Shown here in pieces: positions 19,377-29,500 of a DNA stretch of 32,768 bases. A model generated the notes under the pieces. It did not search any database. It was not told the DNA's origin and saw nothing but the letters and a program-made list of their open reading frames with translations. Every line of letters begins with the position of its first letter. Position 1 is the first letter of the stretch. This DNA comes from Myxococcota bacterium (GTDB lineage Bacteria; Myxococcota; Myxococcia; Myxococcales; Myxococcaceae): NCBI GenBank assembly GCA_049322255.1, contig JBMORE010000028.1, positions 1-32,768 of the forward strand, written 5' to 3'. Position numbers and translations under genes: made by a program.

Positions 19377-20531
19377 TCAAGGCCGTGGCGCGCAGGCCCA
19401 GGCCCGGTGGTCGGGGGTGCCGTCGAGGTCGGTGTCGGTGTTCGCCAGTGTCGTGCAACTGGGCTGCGCAATCTCGGGAGTCGTCGCGTTCTTGTCGTGG
19501 TCGTAGGTGTACTGGGAGGGGTCGAAGCAGAACCCGAGGGTGTTGCTGTGCTCCGTGTTGGTGCTCGCGGACTCGAGCATCCACCAGTAGCGGCACTCCT
19601 CGGTGGCGGCGGTCGCCCCCCGTTCGGGACACGAGTAGGGCGTCACACCTTGCACCTGCGCGCTCGAGCCCAGGAAGGACTCCGCCGGGCGGCAGAGCGC
19701 GATGCAGACCACCTCCGAGCTGGTCGAGCTGCGCTTGAGCAGGGGCAGATACCCAGGAGCGCACGAGTTGAGGTACGCGACCGTCGACCCGCTGGCGGCG
19801 GCGGGGTCGCGGTGCTTCTTGTTGGGGTCGATGACCCGTTGACAGGAGAACGACCTGTCCGGCGCTCCGTAGCATCCAAGCTCGGGGCTGGTGCTGTTGG
19901 TGCTTCCGCACGCGGGGGCGCTGTCGAAGTTTCGTTGCTGGCTGAGCGGGTCACACGTCGGCGTGCAGACGCCTACCTCCTGGCCGGCGGCACCATCATC
20001 GAAGGAGTAGCGCTGACAGGCGAAATGTTGCGGGCAGGTGCCCGGCGATGGCTCGCAGGGCGGCAGGCACTTGTTGCCCAAGCAGATCAGCGCCCCGGCA
20101 CAGTTGTCGTACCCCTCGGAGCCGTAGGTGCAGGAGGCCATCAGCCCCGCATCGCCGAAAGGCACGCAGCGCGCGCCCCCGTCGCTCATCGTGGGTTGTA
20201 CCCAGCCGCAGCGCTCGCCGGAATTGCAGCCGGTGTTGGTGACAAGGTTGCAGGCAGACACCCCGCCGTCGCCGCCGCCCCCGTCGACTGGGCCTCCATC
20301 GGTCGGGCCGGCGTCGGTTCCGGAGGGCCCAGCGTCTTCGATGACGCTGGCACACTCACACGCCTCGAAGCCGGTGCCGGAGGCGTTGCAGCGTTGGCCG
20401 CCGGAGCAACCTCCTGGACCAACGCACGCCTCGGACTTGCCGGGAACACAGACTTTGGGTTCTTCGCCAGGGCAAGCCAGCAGGACGGTGGAGAGCAACA
20501 GACCGCAAAGAAGAAAGGTCGAAGGGCGCAT
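19377..20531 (-). CDS. Cys-rich lipoprotein with DAG/DGG linker
   Basis: Lipobox VLLAC; many CxxxC/CxPxC motifs; EDAGPSGTDAGPTDGG linker; C-terminal DTDLDGTPD. Confidence 0.85.
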   Translation of the reverse strand: MRPSTFLLCGLLLSTVLLACPGEEPKVCVPGKSEACVGPGGCSGGQRCNASGTGFEACECASVIEDAGPSGTDAGPTDGGPVDGGGGDGGVSACNLVTNTGCNSGERCGWVQPTMSDGGARCVPFGDAGLMASCTYGSEGYDNCAGALICLGNKCLPPCEPSPGTCPQHFACQRYSFDDGAAGQEVGVCTPTCDPLSQQRNFDSAPACGSTNSTSPELGCYGAPDRSFSCQRVIDPNKKHRDPAAASGSTVAYLNSCAPGYLPLLKRSSTSSEVVCIALCRPAESFLGSSAQVQGVTPYSCPERGATAATEECRYWWMLESASTNTEHSNTLGFCFDPSQYTYDHDKNATTPEIAQPSCTTLANTDTDLDGTPDHRAWACAPRP

Positions 20532-20606
20532 GGCCTCGACCATACCTTAGGAGTCGGCAATCGTTCGGGTCGGATACCGTATGCTGGACCATCAAGGAGG
20601 TCGAAC

Positions 20607-20855
20607 GTGGGAATCCTCGGGTGGTTGGTGCTCGGCGGAGTCGCGGGCTGGCTGGCGAGCATCGTGGCGGGTACCAATGCCAAGATGGGTGTCATCGCCA
20701 ACGTCATCGTGGGCATCGTCGGTGCGATGCTGGGAGGGTGGATTTTCAATTTCTTCGGCGGCTACGGCGTGACCGGGTTCAACCTCTACAGCCTGTTGGT
20801 GGCCACGGTGGGCGCAACGACGCTGCTCTTCCTGGTCCGGCTGATTCGTCGCTGA
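20607..20855 (+). CDS. GlsB/YeaQ/YmgE family (transglycosylase-associated) membrane protein
   Basis: AAGGAGG SD then GTG; MGILGWLVLGGVAGWLAS...NVIVGIVGAMLGG...SLLVATVGA; 3' end of the 19371..20855 ORF. Confidence 0.92.
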   Translation: MGILGWLVLGGVAGWLASIVAGTNAKMGVIANVIVGIVGAMLGGWIFNFFGGYGVTGFNLYSLLVATVGATTLLFLVRLIRR

Positions 20856-20860
20856 TGCAT

Positions 20861-20953
20861 CCCTCTCCCGGTGGGAGAGGGTAAGGGTGAGGGACCCCTG
20901 ACGCTCGTCATGTTGACGTTCCCTCACCCCTCCCCTCTCCCAACGGGAGCGGG
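20861..20953. repeat. Inverted pair of REP-like elements (copy 2: 20861-20894 +; copy 3: 20912-20953 -)
   Basis: CCCTCTCCCGGTGGGAGAGGGTAAGGGTGAGGGA, and copy 3 whose reverse complement is CCCGCTCCCGTTGGGAGAGGGGAGGGGTGAGGGAACGTCAAC. Confidence 0.85.
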
Positions 20954-21951
20954 AGTTGTCGGCGACGGAAAGTGGTCGGCGTGGGAGAGTGTTCGCGCGA
21001 CGGAAATCCGAGCCGCCTCGCCGTGGCCTCGAAGACCGCGCCCAGGGCCTCGGCGTATTTCCCCTCGCCGCGGCCGCGCACGCCGAAGCGTGAGTCGTAG
21101 AGCGCGCCGCCTCGGGTTTGGCGAACGCGGTGCAGCACCTTTTCGGCGCGCAGCGGCAGCTCTTCGCGCATCCGCGTCTCGAACACCTGCTTCACCGACT
21201 TGGGCAGGCGCAGGAGCACGTAGCCGGCGCTGGTGGCTCCCGCATCCCTGGCCGCTTCGAGAATCTGGGCGATCGACTCATCGGAGAGACCGGGGATGAT
21301 GGGCGCCACCATCACGCCCACCGGCACGCCGACGGCGGCGAGTCGTGCGACCGTCTGCAGGCGGCGTTTGGGAGTCGCCACCCCTGGCTCGATGGCCCGC
21401 GCGTGCTCCGGGTTCCAAAAAGGAATGCTCACGTTCACCCGTACCTGCGCGGTGCGGGCGAGCTCTTGCAAGACGTCGAGGTCGCGCTCCACCAACGGCG
21501 CTTTGGTGATGATCGCCACCGGGTTTCGGTACGCGGCGCAGACCTCCAGGCAGCCTCGCGTCAGCCGGTAGGAGGCCTCGAGGGGCTGGTAACAGTCGGT
21601 CACCCCCGAGAACACCAGGAGCTCACCCTTCCAGCTCGGCCGCTCGAACGTGGCGCGCAAAAGCTCGGGGGCGCGCAGCTTGACGGCGATTTTGGTGTCG
21701 AAGTCGGTGCCGGCGCCCAGGCTCAAGTACTCGTGCGTCGGCCGCGCATAGCAGTACGCGCAGGCGTGCATGCAGCCTCGGTAGGGGTTGACGCTGAAGC
21801 GGAAGCCCAGATCCGGGCTGTCGTTGGAGGCGACGATTTCTTTGGTGAGGTCTTCGTAGACGTGGAGCTTCGCGCGGGGAGGCTCCTCGAGGTACTCGAC
21901 TTCGCCGCTCGCCCAGGGGTTGGGAGGGTTGGCAATCGGCCGCGGGCGCAC
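20908..21951 (-). CDS. PA0069/Rv2578c-family radical SAM protein (SplB-like, putative DNA repair)
   Basis: NDSPDLGF, NPYRGCMHACAYCYARPTHEYL, TDCYQPLE, ITK, APIIPGLSD; start placed at GTG 21951 from promoter geometry. Confidence 0.9.
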   Translation of the reverse strand: MRPRPIANPPNPWASGEVEYLEEPPRAKLHVYEDLTKEIVASNDSPDLGFRFSVNPYRGCMHACAYCYARPTHEYLSLGAGTDFDTKIAVKLRAPELLRATFERPSWKGELLVFSGVTDCYQPLEASYRLTRGCLEVCAAYRNPVAIITKAPLVERDLDVLQELARTAQVRVNVSIPFWNPEHARAIEPGVATPKRRLQTVARLAAVGVPVGVMVAPIIPGLSDESIAQILEAARDAGATSAGYVLLRLPKSVKQVFETRMREELPLRAEKVLHRVRQTRGGALYDSRFGVRGRGEGKYAEALGAVFEATARRLGFPSREHSPTPTTFRRRQLPLPLGEGRGEGTST

Positions 21952-21957
21952 AGGCGC

Positions 21958-21986
21958 ACGATGCACCTGAACTAAAGTTCAGTCAA
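21958..21986 (-). promoter_or_regulatory. Sigma70 promoter with overlapping LexA-like operator (21967-21982)
   Basis: TTGACT-17 bp-CATCGT-6 bp-GTG; palindrome CTGAAC-TTTA-GTTCAG overlaps the -35 box and spacer. Confidence 0.8.
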
Positions 21987-22692
21987 CCGGCGCCAGCACC
22001 ACCCACGTCTCGGCAATCATCTTGCCGGTCGATGGCTCGGCAAACCGCGCGACCATTCGGACGGTGCCGTTCAGCCACGAAGGCTCGACCGGCGTGCTGA
22101 ACGCGAGAGGGACGTCGACGCCCTGCTTCACCAGGCTTCGCTCCTCCCCTTTGGGGAAGATGCGCAGGCCGGTTCCCGAGAGGTGAATGCTCAGCTCGAC
22201 GTCCCGCGGTGCGGTGTAGGTGAGTTGCACCACCGAGCCCAAGGGGCAGCGAAGCGTCCCGGAGGGGCGGGCCTCGCCGGTGACGCGCGGGGGGGCGCCG
22301 CCGGCCACGCAGAAGGCGCGTACCCCGTACGCCCCGGTTGCATGGCCACGGGGCGTGAAACCGCCGTCGCTCTTCACCGCGCGAGACAGAGGAATCACCA
22401 GCAGGAGGAACGCCAGCGCTCCCAGCGCAGGGGACAGGCGCGAAAGCCAACCTGCGCTGGCGGGAGCCTCCTGCGTCACCACCCGGTCGAGCAGCACCGA
22501 CTCGAGGAGTGACTGCCGCGAGGGGGAAACGACCGCCCTTTCCAGCGCCGCCTCCACGCGCGCAAGCTTGTCGTATTGCTCGCGACATTCGGGGCAATGC
22601 GCGAGGTGGGCGCGCAGCGTTGCGTACGGCCGGGGCTCCAGCTCTTCGGTGAACAGCGCCTCCAGGGAGGCCTGGGCCGCCTCGCATCTCAT
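21979..22692 (-). CDS. zf-HC2 transmembrane anti-sigma factor
   Basis: N-terminal C...HLAHCPEC (HxxxCxxC), one TM segment (LGALAFLLLVIPL), FTPRG then periplasmic beta domain; ATGA overlap with the ECF gene. Confidence 0.85.
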   Translation of the reverse strand: MRCEAAQASLEALFTEELEPRPYATLRAHLAHCPECREQYDKLARVEAALERAVVSPSRQSLLESVLLDRVVTQEAPASAGWLSRLSPALGALAFLLLVIPLSRAVKSDGGFTPRGHATGAYGVRAFCVAGGAPPRVTGEARPSGTLRCPLGSVVQLTYTAPRDVELSIHLSGTGLRIFPKGEERSLVKQGVDVPLAFSTPVEPSWLNGTVRMVARFAEPSTGKMIAETWVVLAPVD

Positions 22693-23321
22693 GACACGCC
22701 TTTACGCAAAAAGCTCCACCCGCTGGCCGACACATCGCGCAAGTAGCCGTTGGACTGGAGGAACGAGAGGAGCCGCCTCTTCACGTTGAGCTCCCGACGC
22801 CGCAGCTGAATGCGGCTTAAGCCCATTCTTCGGGCGGCCTCCTCCTGGGGCAGCCCTTGGGCGAAACGTAGCTCGTACAGCTGGCGCTCCTCGGGAGTGA
22901 GGGTCGTTCGAAAGCTGTGGAGCAGTGATTCGACTTCGCGGTCCTCCAGAAGCGCCTGGGCGTCGGCCGGGGTGTCGAAGCTCGACGTGCTCTCGGGAAC
23001 GTACAGGCCCACCGTGTGCTCGCGGGTGCGAGAGAGCTCGAGCAAATAGTTGCGAGCGATGCCCATGAGAAAAGACTCGTAGGGACGAATGCCGTCGTAC
23101 ACCAGGCGGGCGCGAGGCTCGAAGGCGCGGGCGAAGACCTCGAGCAGGGCGTTCTCCAGCTCCATCGCCGATCTGAGCACGGCAAACTCTCTCCCGCGCA
23201 GGGCCGCAGCCCGAAGCATTCTCGCCAGGGCGGGAGCGTGCTCGCGGTACACCTTGGCCAGGACGTGCCGATCGCCCTCGCGAAAGCGCTGCAGCATGCC
23301 CCTGTCCCACTCCACGCCCAC
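22689..23321 (-). CDS. ECF-type RNA polymerase sigma factor
   Basis: FREGDR..L..VY, LEVFARAF, FLMGIARN (sigma2); L..EERQLYELRF.QGL.QEEAA..MGLS (sigma4). Confidence 0.88.
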   Translation of the reverse strand: MGVEWDRGMLQRFREGDRHVLAKVYREHAPALARMLRAAALRGREFAVLRSAMELENALLEVFARAFEPRARLVYDGIRPYESFLMGIARNYLLELSRTREHTVGLYVPESTSSFDTPADAQALLEDREVESLLHSFRTTLTPEERQLYELRFAQGLPQEEAARRMGLSRIQLRRRELNVKRRLLSFLQSNGYLRDVSASGWSFLRKGVS

Positions 23322-23411
23322 AAGTGCTTACTTGCTCCGAGCCGACCTGACCACTTTGTTATTGCGCGCGCTCTGGCCGGCTGGATCGGGCCTTTGTTAG
23401 GCTTTCTCCTC

Positions 23412-24653
23412 ATGGTGCCCTTTGGGCTTTGGGTCGCAGTGGCGCTCGCCGGCTCGCTTCCCTCCCGAGCGGAGCAGCCTGCTTACGTGCTCATCGTCGC
23501 CAACAACGCGAGCAACGACCCCAAGCTCGCGCCCTTGCGCTACGCCGACGACGACGGAGCGCGCTACCACGACCTGTTCGCGCCCCAGGCGAGCGAGGTG
23601 GTGCTTCTCTCGGTGCTCGACGAGGAGACCCAGCGGCGGCACCCCGGCCTCGCCGCCAAGACCAAGCCTCCCACGCGCAAGGAGCTCACCTTGGCGCTGG
23701 CGCACTTGAACGCCCGCATGAAGGAAGACCGCGCCCGCGACGAAAAGCCGCTGTTCTACTTCGTGTACACGGGGCATGGGCAGCGGGGGCCGGCAGGGGA
23801 GGGAACCATCAGCCTGTTGGGCGCGAATTTCTCCCGCAGCGAGCTCTTTCAGGAGGTGCTGGAGCCGTCGGAGGCGGCCACCCTGCACCTCATCATCGAC
23901 GCCTGCGATTCGTATTACTTCGTCAGCGCCCGCGGCGAGCTGCCGGTGGCCCAGGGGCAAGCCGAGGTGGTCAGGCATTACCTGGACGAGCGGAGCCTGT
24001 CGCGCTTTCCGCACGTCGGGGTGGTGCTCTCCACCAACAGCCAGAAGGAGAGCCACGAGTGGGCGGCGATCGGTGCGGGTGTCTTTTCGCACCAGGTGCG
24101 CTCGGCGCTCTTCGGCGCCGCCGACGTCAACGGTGACGGCAAGGTGGAGTACTCCGAGCTGAGCGCCTTCATCGCCGCCGCCAACCTGCGGGTAGAAGAC
24201 CCGCGCGGACGGCTGCAAATCTTCACCGCCGCGCCGGCGCTCGATCGCGCCGCGCCGATTGCCGACCTCACCCGCCGTTCGTTGGCGGGTCACCTGCTCG
24301 TGCCGGCCTCGCTCTCCGGGCGCCATTGGGTCGAGGACGAGCGCGGGGTACGCTGGGTCGAGTTCCACAAGGAGCCGGAGCGCCCCTTGGTGCTCGCGCT
24401 GCCGCCGGGTCGAACCTACCACTTGCGCTCGCCGTCGCTGGAGGCACGCTTCATCGCCGCCTCTGGCCAGTTGGTCGATGCTGCGTCGCTTCGCTGGACC
24501 GCGTACGCCCTCGCCTCGCGCGGCTCGCTCGACGAGGCCTTTCGGGTGCATCTGTTCGCGACGCCGTTTGGAGCCAAGTTCTACGGCGGTTACGTCTCCA
24601 GCAGCGGCGAGCCGCCTGTCGCCGCTCCCGTGACCGCGGACTTCAGCCCTTAA
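23412..24653 (+). CDS. Secreted caspase-like (peptidase C14 / CHF fold) protein
   Basis: Signal-like N terminus; LIVANN, LRYADDD, catalytic YTGHG and IIDAC, S.E...GVFS, ADVNGDGKVEYSEL. Confidence 0.85.
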   Translation: MVPFGLWVAVALAGSLPSRAEQPAYVLIVANNASNDPKLAPLRYADDDGARYHDLFAPQASEVVLLSVLDEETQRRHPGLAAKTKPPTRKELTLALAHLNARMKEDRARDEKPLFYFVYTGHGQRGPAGEGTISLLGANFSRSELFQEVLEPSEAATLHLIIDACDSYYFVSARGELPVAQGQAEVVRHYLDERSLSRFPHVGVVLSTNSQKESHEWAAIGAGVFSHQVRSALFGAADVNGDGKVEYSELSAFIAAANLRVEDPRGRLQIFTAAPALDRAAPIADLTRRSLAGHLLVPASLSGRHWVEDERGVRWVEFHKEPERPLVLALPPGRTYHLRSPSLEARFIAASGQLVDAASLRWTAYALASRGSLDEAFRVHLFATPFGAKFYGGYVSSSGEPPVAAPVTADFSP

Positions 24654-24658
24654 AAATC

Positions 24659-25387
24659 GTGCTCGCCGCGCTCGCCCTCCTCGCCATCGCCTCCGCACCG
24701 GTGCCCTCGTGCGCAGGAGAGCGGGTCATCGTGATGCCATTCGAGCCGCTCGCCACCACGCCCGCCGAGGCGCGCGAGGTGGAAGAGAAGGCCCGCGCCG
24801 TCATCGCCGCCACCGGACGTTGCGTGGAGGAGCGCGCGCACACCATCGCGCGGTTGAGGGCGCGGCCCCCGTTGCCTCCGTGCGCCGAGGACGCGTGCCA
24901 CGCCGCACAAGCGTCGGCGATGGGCGGTCAGTGGCTGGTGAACGGTGTGGTGCTGGGCGTAGGGGGGGCTCGTTCGCTGTCCATCGTCGTCGCCGGGAAG
25001 CGGGTGGCTCGGAAGACGATGAGAGTCGAGGGAGCCAATCTCTCCGCCATCGTCCACGAGCTGTTCAGCGACGGGGAAAAAAGCTTCGCCGCCGTCGACG
25101 TGCGCCAAAGCGCCGAGCGCGCGCGGTGGCCGGCGTTCGCCGTGGCGGGGGCAGGGGCGGCGAGCGTTCTGGCCGGAGCCCTCTTCGGCGCCGCCTCCGC
25201 GCGTGCCTCGAGCGAGCTGTCCTCCGGAGCGACGGGCTGCGCGGGGGTGGGCGAGGCTTACCGCGATTGTTTCGATGCCAAAATTCGCACCGGGCGCTCG
25301 CACGCGACGATGGCGAACGTGCTCCTGGGGGCGGGGGCGGCGCTGGGCGTGGGCGCGGCAATGATGTTCGTCTGGGAGCTGCCGTGA
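24659..25387 (+). CDS. Exported protein with C-terminal Gly/Ala-rich hydrophobic helices
   Basis: Signal-like N terminus; CxxxxC motif domain; two C-terminal hydrophobic segments flanking a CxxxxxxxxxC loop; GTGA overlap with the next gene; start uncertain. Confidence 0.7.
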   Translation: MLAALALLAIASAPVPSCAGERVIVMPFEPLATTPAEAREVEEKARAVIAATGRCVEERAHTIARLRARPPLPPCAEDACHAAQASAMGGQWLVNGVVLGVGGARSLSIVVAGKRVARKTMRVEGANLSAIVHELFSDGEKSFAAVDVRQSAERARWPAFAVAGAGAASVLAGALFGAASARASSELSSGATGCAGVGEAYRDCFDAKIRTGRSHATMANVLLGAGAALGVGAAMMFVWELP

Positions 25388-26412
25388 AGCGCGCACGGCT
25401 GGGGGCGCTCGTCTTCTGCGTCGTCACGGCGTGCTCCTTCGCACCCGATCTGACGCGTTACCCACCGTGCGGCGCCGCTGGCGGCTGTCCCCCAGGCTGG
25501 TCGTGCTTGAAGGAGGCGAACCGGTGCGTGCCGCCCTGCGGTGAGTCACCGGGCTGCGAGCTCGACGCGGGGCACACCGACGGCGGCGAAGCGCTCATTC
25601 TGTCGCTCACTTTCGACGGCGGCGCACTCCCCAGGGCCACGGAGACGCTCCCGTATTCTCAAGCGCTGCGCCCCAGCGGGGGTCGGCCCCCTTACGGCTT
25701 CTTCGGGCCACAGCGCTCGAACCTCCCGCCTGAGTTTTCGCTCTCCACCACCGGAGTGCTCAGCGCGGCGATGGTGGCGCAGGTGGGTACCTTCAGCTTC
25801 GAGGTGGGGGTGTCGGATGACGCCGGCTCGTACGTCACCGCCCCCTTCTCTTTGCGCGTCGATCCGCTCTTGCGCCTGGCGACCCGCTCGCCTCTGGCCA
25901 TCGGTGTCGCCAATCAGGCGTACACGGAGCGGTTTGGCGCCACGGGAGGAGAGCCGCCGTTCATCTTCTCGCTGGACGGAGGCGCTCTGCCCGGCGGGGT
26001 GATGCTCGCGGCGGACGGAACGTTGAGCGGCGCTCCCAGCCCTGCGGGCACCTACACTTTTGCGGTCGCGGTCGAAGACTCGGCCAGCCCCCCGCAGCGC
26101 ACCAGCCGGGCGTACAGCGTGGAGGTCAAGCTGCTCAGCGCCATCGGGGCGGTGGAGATGGCCACCCAAGCGCTCGCCGACGGGCGGGTGGGGTGGCCGT
26201 ACTCCCAGAGCCTGCGAGGCAACGGCGGGTCGGCGCCCTACACCTGGGAGGTGGTGGGCGGGCTACCGCCGGGGCTGGTCCTCTCCGACAATTCCACCGT
26301 AGGGGAGCTGTCCGGTATGCCGACGGACGCCGGCACCTACAATGTCACACTGAAGCTGACCGACTCGTTCCTCGGAAACCAGCAGAAGACGTTCAGCTTG
26401 CAGGTTTTTTGA
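25384..26412 (+). CDS. Lipoprotein with Cys-rich N terminus and three putative Ig (He_PIG-like) domains
   Basis: Lipobox VVTAC; repeats YS..L..SGG.PPY, LPxGxxL...G.LSG.P...GTY.F. Confidence 0.85.
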   Translation: MKRARLGALVFCVVTACSFAPDLTRYPPCGAAGGCPPGWSCLKEANRCVPPCGESPGCELDAGHTDGGEALILSLTFDGGALPRATETLPYSQALRPSGGRPPYGFFGPQRSNLPPEFSLSTTGVLSAAMVAQVGTFSFEVGVSDDAGSYVTAPFSLRVDPLLRLATRSPLAIGVANQAYTERFGATGGEPPFIFSLDGGALPGGVMLAADGTLSGAPSPAGTYTFAVAVEDSASPPQRTSRAYSVEVKLLSAIGAVEMATQALADGRVGWPYSQSLRGNGGSAPYTWEVVGGLPPGLVLSDNSTVGELSGMPTDAGTYNVTLKLTDSFLGNQQKTFSLQVF

Positions 26413-26505
26413 AGCGTCGGCGATCCAACCCAACGGCCTTCCCTCAAGTCGACGTGGAGCTCGCCACGTGTGCGCCGGCCGGGCGCGTCGTCAAAGGGAG
26501 GAATC

Positions 26506-29500
26506 GTGACTTCACGAATCGCTGTAGGCCTGTTGGTCCTTCTGACCGTCACCGCTTGTCCCTCGGAGCCGCCCGATCCCTCGCAACTCGACCAGACCCC
26601 GCCCTCGGTCGTCTCGATGAACCCTGCCGACGGCGCCACCGACGTCGCGCGCGACGCCAAAGTCTCGGTGGTTTTCAGCGAGGCGGTGACCTCCGAGTCG
26701 CTCCACATCACCCTGGCGCAGGGCGGCAACGACTTGGCCAAGGCGCTCCTCCTCTCTCCCGACGGCAAGAGCGTCACCCTCACTCCCGCGGCGCCGTTGC
26801 CCGAGGCGAGCGACATCACGGTGACGGTGGCCGCCGGGTACGCCGACGCCGCGGGCAACGCCGGTGCCCAGGCCGCCGCCACCTTCACCACCCGCAGCGA
26901 CGTGCCCTCGGTCGTGTCCACCACTCCGGCGGACGGCGCCCAGAACGTCGCGGTGGACACCGCAGTGAGCGCGGTCTTCTCCGAGCCGATGCAGGCGAGC
27001 ACCCTCGATGAAACCACCTTCTTCTTGCGGGAGGGCTCCAACAGCGTCGCCGCCACCGTGAGCTACGAGGCCAGCACCCGCACCGCGCGTCTGGTGCCCG
27101 GCAGCAACTTGCTCGAAGGGCGGGTCTACCTGGCGACCATCACCTCCGCGGCGCTCGACTCGTCCTCCACCCCGCTGGCGGCGGCGAAGACCTGGACCTT
27201 CACCACCGCCGCCACCGTGCCCTCGGTGACCGGCGTGCTTCCTCTCGACGGCGCGGTCAACGTGCCGGGCAACTCTTCCATCCAGATCACCTTCAGCGAG
27301 CCGATGGACCCGAGCAGCCTCGACGACACCTCGGTGCTGGTGACCGCCGCGGGCTCGGCGATTCCCGGCACCCGTTCCTACGACGGCCCCTCTCGTACGC
27401 TCACCTTCCAGCCCACCGGCGCCTACCCGGGGGGCGCTGCCATTTCCCTCAACGTCACCACCAGCGCGACCGATACCTCGGGCATTCCCTTGGGGCAGGC
27501 GTTCCAGTCCTCCTTCACCGTGTCCAACGCGCCGGCGGTGTCCTCCAGCATTCCTTCTCCCAATGACACCGGCGTCGCCCTGAGCAGCACGGTGCGGCTC
27601 AACTTCTCGGCGGCGATGGACGTGACGACCCTGGTGCCGGCCAACGTACACATTCTCGATGCCGCCAACGCTCAGGTCGCCGCCTCCTACACCGCGACCG
27701 CCAGCGATCTCACGATGGCGCCCACCGCTCCGCTCAAGGAGTCGACGGCCTACACAGTGGTGGTCACCACCAACGTTCGCTCGCTGGCGAACGTCCCCTT
27801 CGTCGCCGAGTACCGCTTCAGCTTCCGCACGCTCGACGTTCCGCCCACCGTCGTCGCGATCAACCCCGCGGACGGCGCTCAGAACGTGCCGGTGGCCACC
27901 AAGATCCAGGTGACCTTCGACGAGGACATGGACGTGGCGAGCTTCACCTCCTCGAATCTCCGCCTCTCCAACGGAGCGGTGGACGTCGCGGGAACGGTCG
28001 CCGCGCTGAACGCCCGGACCTTGGAATTCACCCCCGGGCAGCCGTTGCGTGAGCTCGCCAGCTACGTGGTGATCGCCACCTCCGGCCTGAGAGACTTGGC
28101 GGGCAACGGCCTGGCGAACGAGGTGCGTTCGAGCTTCCGTACCGAGCCGCTGCCGCGCATTGCTTCTGTCCTCCCCGCGCCTGGGGAAGTTCAGGTGCCG
28201 CTGCGCTCGGCGATCGTCCTCACCTTCAACAAGCCGCTCGATGCCAGCACGGTGGGCCTCACCCCCGCGGGTGGCCAAAGCCCGATGGCTTTCACCCTCT
28301 ACCAGGGTGCGAGCTCGATCGAGGGCGGCATCACCTACGACGCCGCCTCGCGCACCGTTCGAATCGTCAGGCAAAGCTCGGGAGCTGCCGCGCCGTGGGT
28401 CGCCGGCCAGCGCTATCTGCTCGAGATGCGGGGCTCGATTCTGAAGGACGCGAGTGGCAACTTCCTCGGCGGTCGACAGGTCACCACCTTCGTCGCCGGA
28501 GCCTCCGACGACGTCGCCGCACCTTCGGTCGTCTCGACCAGCCCCAGCAACGGGGAGATCGGCGTCGCCCGCGACGCGGTGCTGGTCGCTTCCTTCGACG
28601 AAGCGGTCGACCCCAGCACGCTCTCCACGGCGACAGTGAGAGTGCTCGATGGCGCCGCCCCCATCTCCGGCAGGGTGGAAGCCGCGGTGGATGGCCGCAG
28701 CTTGCGCTTCATTCCCGACCAGCCGCTGCCGGCGGCCAAGGCGCTCAGCTTCGTGCTCGACACCGGCATCAAAGATCTTTCAGGCAACGCCAAGACGCTG
28801 GTCAATACGATCGCCTTCACCACCCAGGAGAACGTCGCCCCGTCGGTGGCGCGGTTCGATCCACCCAATGGGGCGATTGACGTCAAGGTGAACCGGGCGG
28901 TGCGCATCGATTTCACCGAGCCCGTGGCGGCCGCGTCGATCAACCTCGAGGTACTCTCGGGCGCCTCCCCCGTGCCGGGGACTCTGAGGTACGACGACGC
29001 CACCCGCTCGGCGACCTTCACCCCCACGGCTGACCTGCCGCCCAACGCGTCCATCGACCTCAAGGTGAAGGCGGGCCTGGCCGACCGTGAGGGCGCGGCC
29101 AGCACCACCGACGCGACGTCGCGCTTTTCCACCGTGGCAGACTCGTCGAAGGACGTCGTCAAGCCGGCCGTCTCCGGAAGCGCTCCTCTCAACGGTGCCC
29201 TCGGAGTGGCGGCGCGCGGGCCCCTCACCGTCACCTTCTCCGAAGGCATCGATCCGGCCACCGCGCTCATCGACCATTTTTCCATCACCGAGCGAGGCGG
29301 AGCGAAGGTGCCCTTCGGGTTCCGTTACGACGCGGCCAACGAACGGGGGGTGTTGACGCCCTCGATTCCTCTCGGGGCGGGGAAGACCTACGACGTCCAG
29401 ATGGGAGCGGGCATCAGAGACCTCGCGGGCAACGCGCTCGACGCCGCCGCGGGAAGCTCGACGGTGAGCTTCACGGTCGACGGACAGGCGCCGGCGATCG

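Noticed and set aside
19371..20606. Long N-terminal extension of the 494-aa ORF
   Set aside because: Antisense shadow of the Cys-rich lipoprotein; the real gene starts at GTG 20607 with a strong SD
17891..20953. Palindromic repeats as a CRISPR array
   Set aside because: Dispersed and inverted, with no regular spacers and no cas genes
23412..24653. Caspase as an anti-phage or gasdermin defence system
   Set aside because: It has a signal-like N terminus, and no gasdermin, NLR/STAND, TIR or CBASS genes are nearby
26413..26505. Short hairpins upstream of the large Ig gene as a riboswitch
   Set aside because: Stems of 5-6 bp are expected by chance at this GC content; no recognisable aptamer motifs
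26512..28374. 620-aa antisense ORF, and similar ones at 2179-3726, 12060-13373, 17928-19112 and 23397-24698
   Set aside because: Each lies opposite a well-supported gene, has no motifs, and is expected from GC3 bias
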